Source: Camelus dromedarius
Lineage: Eukaryota
Direction of reading: 5' to 3'
Assembly (NCBI RefSeq): GCF_036321535.1
Contig: NC_087438.1
Location: 3,350,001-3,414,000 of the forward strand
Length of the DNA stretch: 64,000 nt
The notes below the pieces were generated by a model, which made no database searches, had not been told where the DNA came from, and was given only the letters and a program-made list of their open reading frames with translations. The translations under genes and the position numbers were made by a program. Positions 62,175-64,000 of this stretch are shown in pieces (the first letter of the stretch is position 1; the number at the start of each line of letters is the position of its first letter).

Positions 62175-64000
62175 GGTGGCGGACTGATGCTCGCCACTCT
62201 GCGATGAGGAAGCAGCACTCCCAGGGGAGGGGCACCTGGGGGCCTTCAAAGCGGTTTGACGGGGCCTCTTCCTAGCACTTAAACCAAGGAACTTTAAAAA
62301 GGCTTGTATATTGTATGCCTACTTCATTTCATTGCTCTAGTAGTCCTTATTTTATTAAAATATAAAATTCTTATTTGTATTAAAAATGGCATCTGACACA
62401 TTTTGGGAAGAAAAAAGAGGCTTGTCACCTCATCTTGTCTGAAAAGCTGAGTTCTGGATGCCAACTCTCTTCTCTGTCCGTGCCTCCTCCAGACTCACAA
62501 CCCCCAGTGACCGTGCCACAGGCTTTCCTTCACAGCGACGCAGTCCGTCAACTGCACACATTCAACAACAAGAAATTCCTGGAAATCAGAGTGTTTCTGA
62601 ACTGGATCCTGAGGTTCCCCCGCTGTGGGGGGCTGCCTGTCCCCCTCTCCCACCGGGCTGAAGGAGGCTCTGGGAGGCACCGCACCCCTGGGCTCCATCC
62701 CTCTGCATGGCAGGCGCCCCCTCCCCCCGCCCCCAGCAGGCGTGACACAGGACTGGTGATTTTGGAAGAAGAAACAGGCGCCATCGTCCCTCCCCTCCTC
62801 CTCCCTCCTGGGAGCTGCCAGCCCCTCAAGGGCAGGTCCCCTTAATTCTGCCTGACCCTGAGGCAGCACAGAGGTGCGGCACCTTCAAAAGGGGGTGGCC
62901 TGAAAGGTCAAAACTTAGGGCAGAGTAAACCCAATGTCTGGGAACACTGAGAATCAAAGTAGGTGTCAGCTGTGGAGCAAGGTGTCCACTCAGAGAGGGT
63001 CTGGGCAGGGCTTGGGGCCTGTACTTTAGTGTCTGGTGGGTTTGAGGGCCTTTCAGGAGGAGCAGGTGTTCTGGGGAGTCCTCTCTATCTATTGCACCAG
63101 GGCCAACTCACGTTTCACTGTGGGAGCAACAACAAGAGCTGTTAGGCTGCAGGCTCCCTCCTACCCAGACTTCAGGGGACAGCTACAGCTCGGGGGACCC
63201 TTCCCACAGGTCCGCAGAGTCTGTGAAGGGAGACCTGAGCCTGGGGCGAAGGTGGGAGGTGCTCGGCCCGGAGTAGACCATGGGCACCAGAATGACGGCA
63301 CCGGGCAGGGGCCGCGCAGCCGAGCCAACGTGGCCACGGCAAGGACGCTGTTGTCACTGTGTCTCCATCAGAAAAGACTGGAGGGGAGATTCCAGGAGGC
63401 AAACCAGGGAGGTGCCTCCTGGAAGCAGGAGCCAGGAAACCACTGAGAAGCACAGAAGCACCCAAAAGTCTTCATTGGTGATTTTTTTTTCTGTATGAAA
63501 TTCATTCTGGTGTCTTTTCTTGCCTCCCAGATTCTCCCAGAACTTTCTAGCCTCTGTCAGGTCATCACACCACAGATATCCCCCTACTCCACCCTCCCTG
63601 CTCATCAAGATTTCATTTTTCTAATTGTTTATCGACTCAAGATGGTGAGTGGTGGATGCAAACCATCAGCTCAACATGATGGGCGTTTCATTAAGGTAAA
63701 GGCATTCGATTTAGGAAACAGTCCTAATTTTGAGATAATGTACTTACCGTATTTCATCTTAGGAAGAGGGGAGGCTGGAAAACCCATGTAGGGTTTCTTC
63801 TAGAATTTTATTTGCAAATTTTCCCAGCCCATAAAATCTGAAACCCTGCCCTGCATTCATGACTGTCTGTCCTAGTCACTGAAGTTCTTCCTTAAAATAT
63901 CTTGATTCCCCTCTAATTGTCTTCATCTGTGCACACTGCCTAATTTCCAGCTTCTGCCAGTCCTATTTCTTAGCTGAACTTCTCTGTCCATTTTTCCACA

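Noticed and set aside
1..64000. Naming a host gene or claiming a novel system
   Set aside because: No exon encodes a protein I can recognise with confidence, and there are no prokaryotic, viral or array-type signatures.

Overview
Mammalian non-coding (intronic or intergenic) DNA, probably camelid. That assignment is an inference from two tRNA-Ala-derived SINEs resembling camelid Vic-1 and the lack of recognisable Alu, B1, BovB or PRE-1 copies. The window is dominated by interspersed repeats: young and old L1 fragments, MLT1/MaLR and ERV solo LTRs, L2, MIR, MADE2, MER33-like DNA and microsatellites. The only ORFs with recognisable protein similarity are L1 ORF2 C-terminal fragments, and the rest of the ORF track looks like chance ORFs. 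I could not identify a host gene and found no convincing novel biological system. Best leads: (i) a 62-bp L1 5'-end stub between direct repeats inside an MLT1 LTR; (ii) a chimeric young-L1/old-L1 insertion that appears to share one TSD; (iii) a CpG-rich patch that may be a decayed L1; (iv) several minus-strand ATG-led mini-exon candidates ending in phase-1 donors, possibly alternative first exons; (v) three perfect inverted repeats. Repeat family names come from recalled consensus similarity, not a database search, and many boundaries are approximate.
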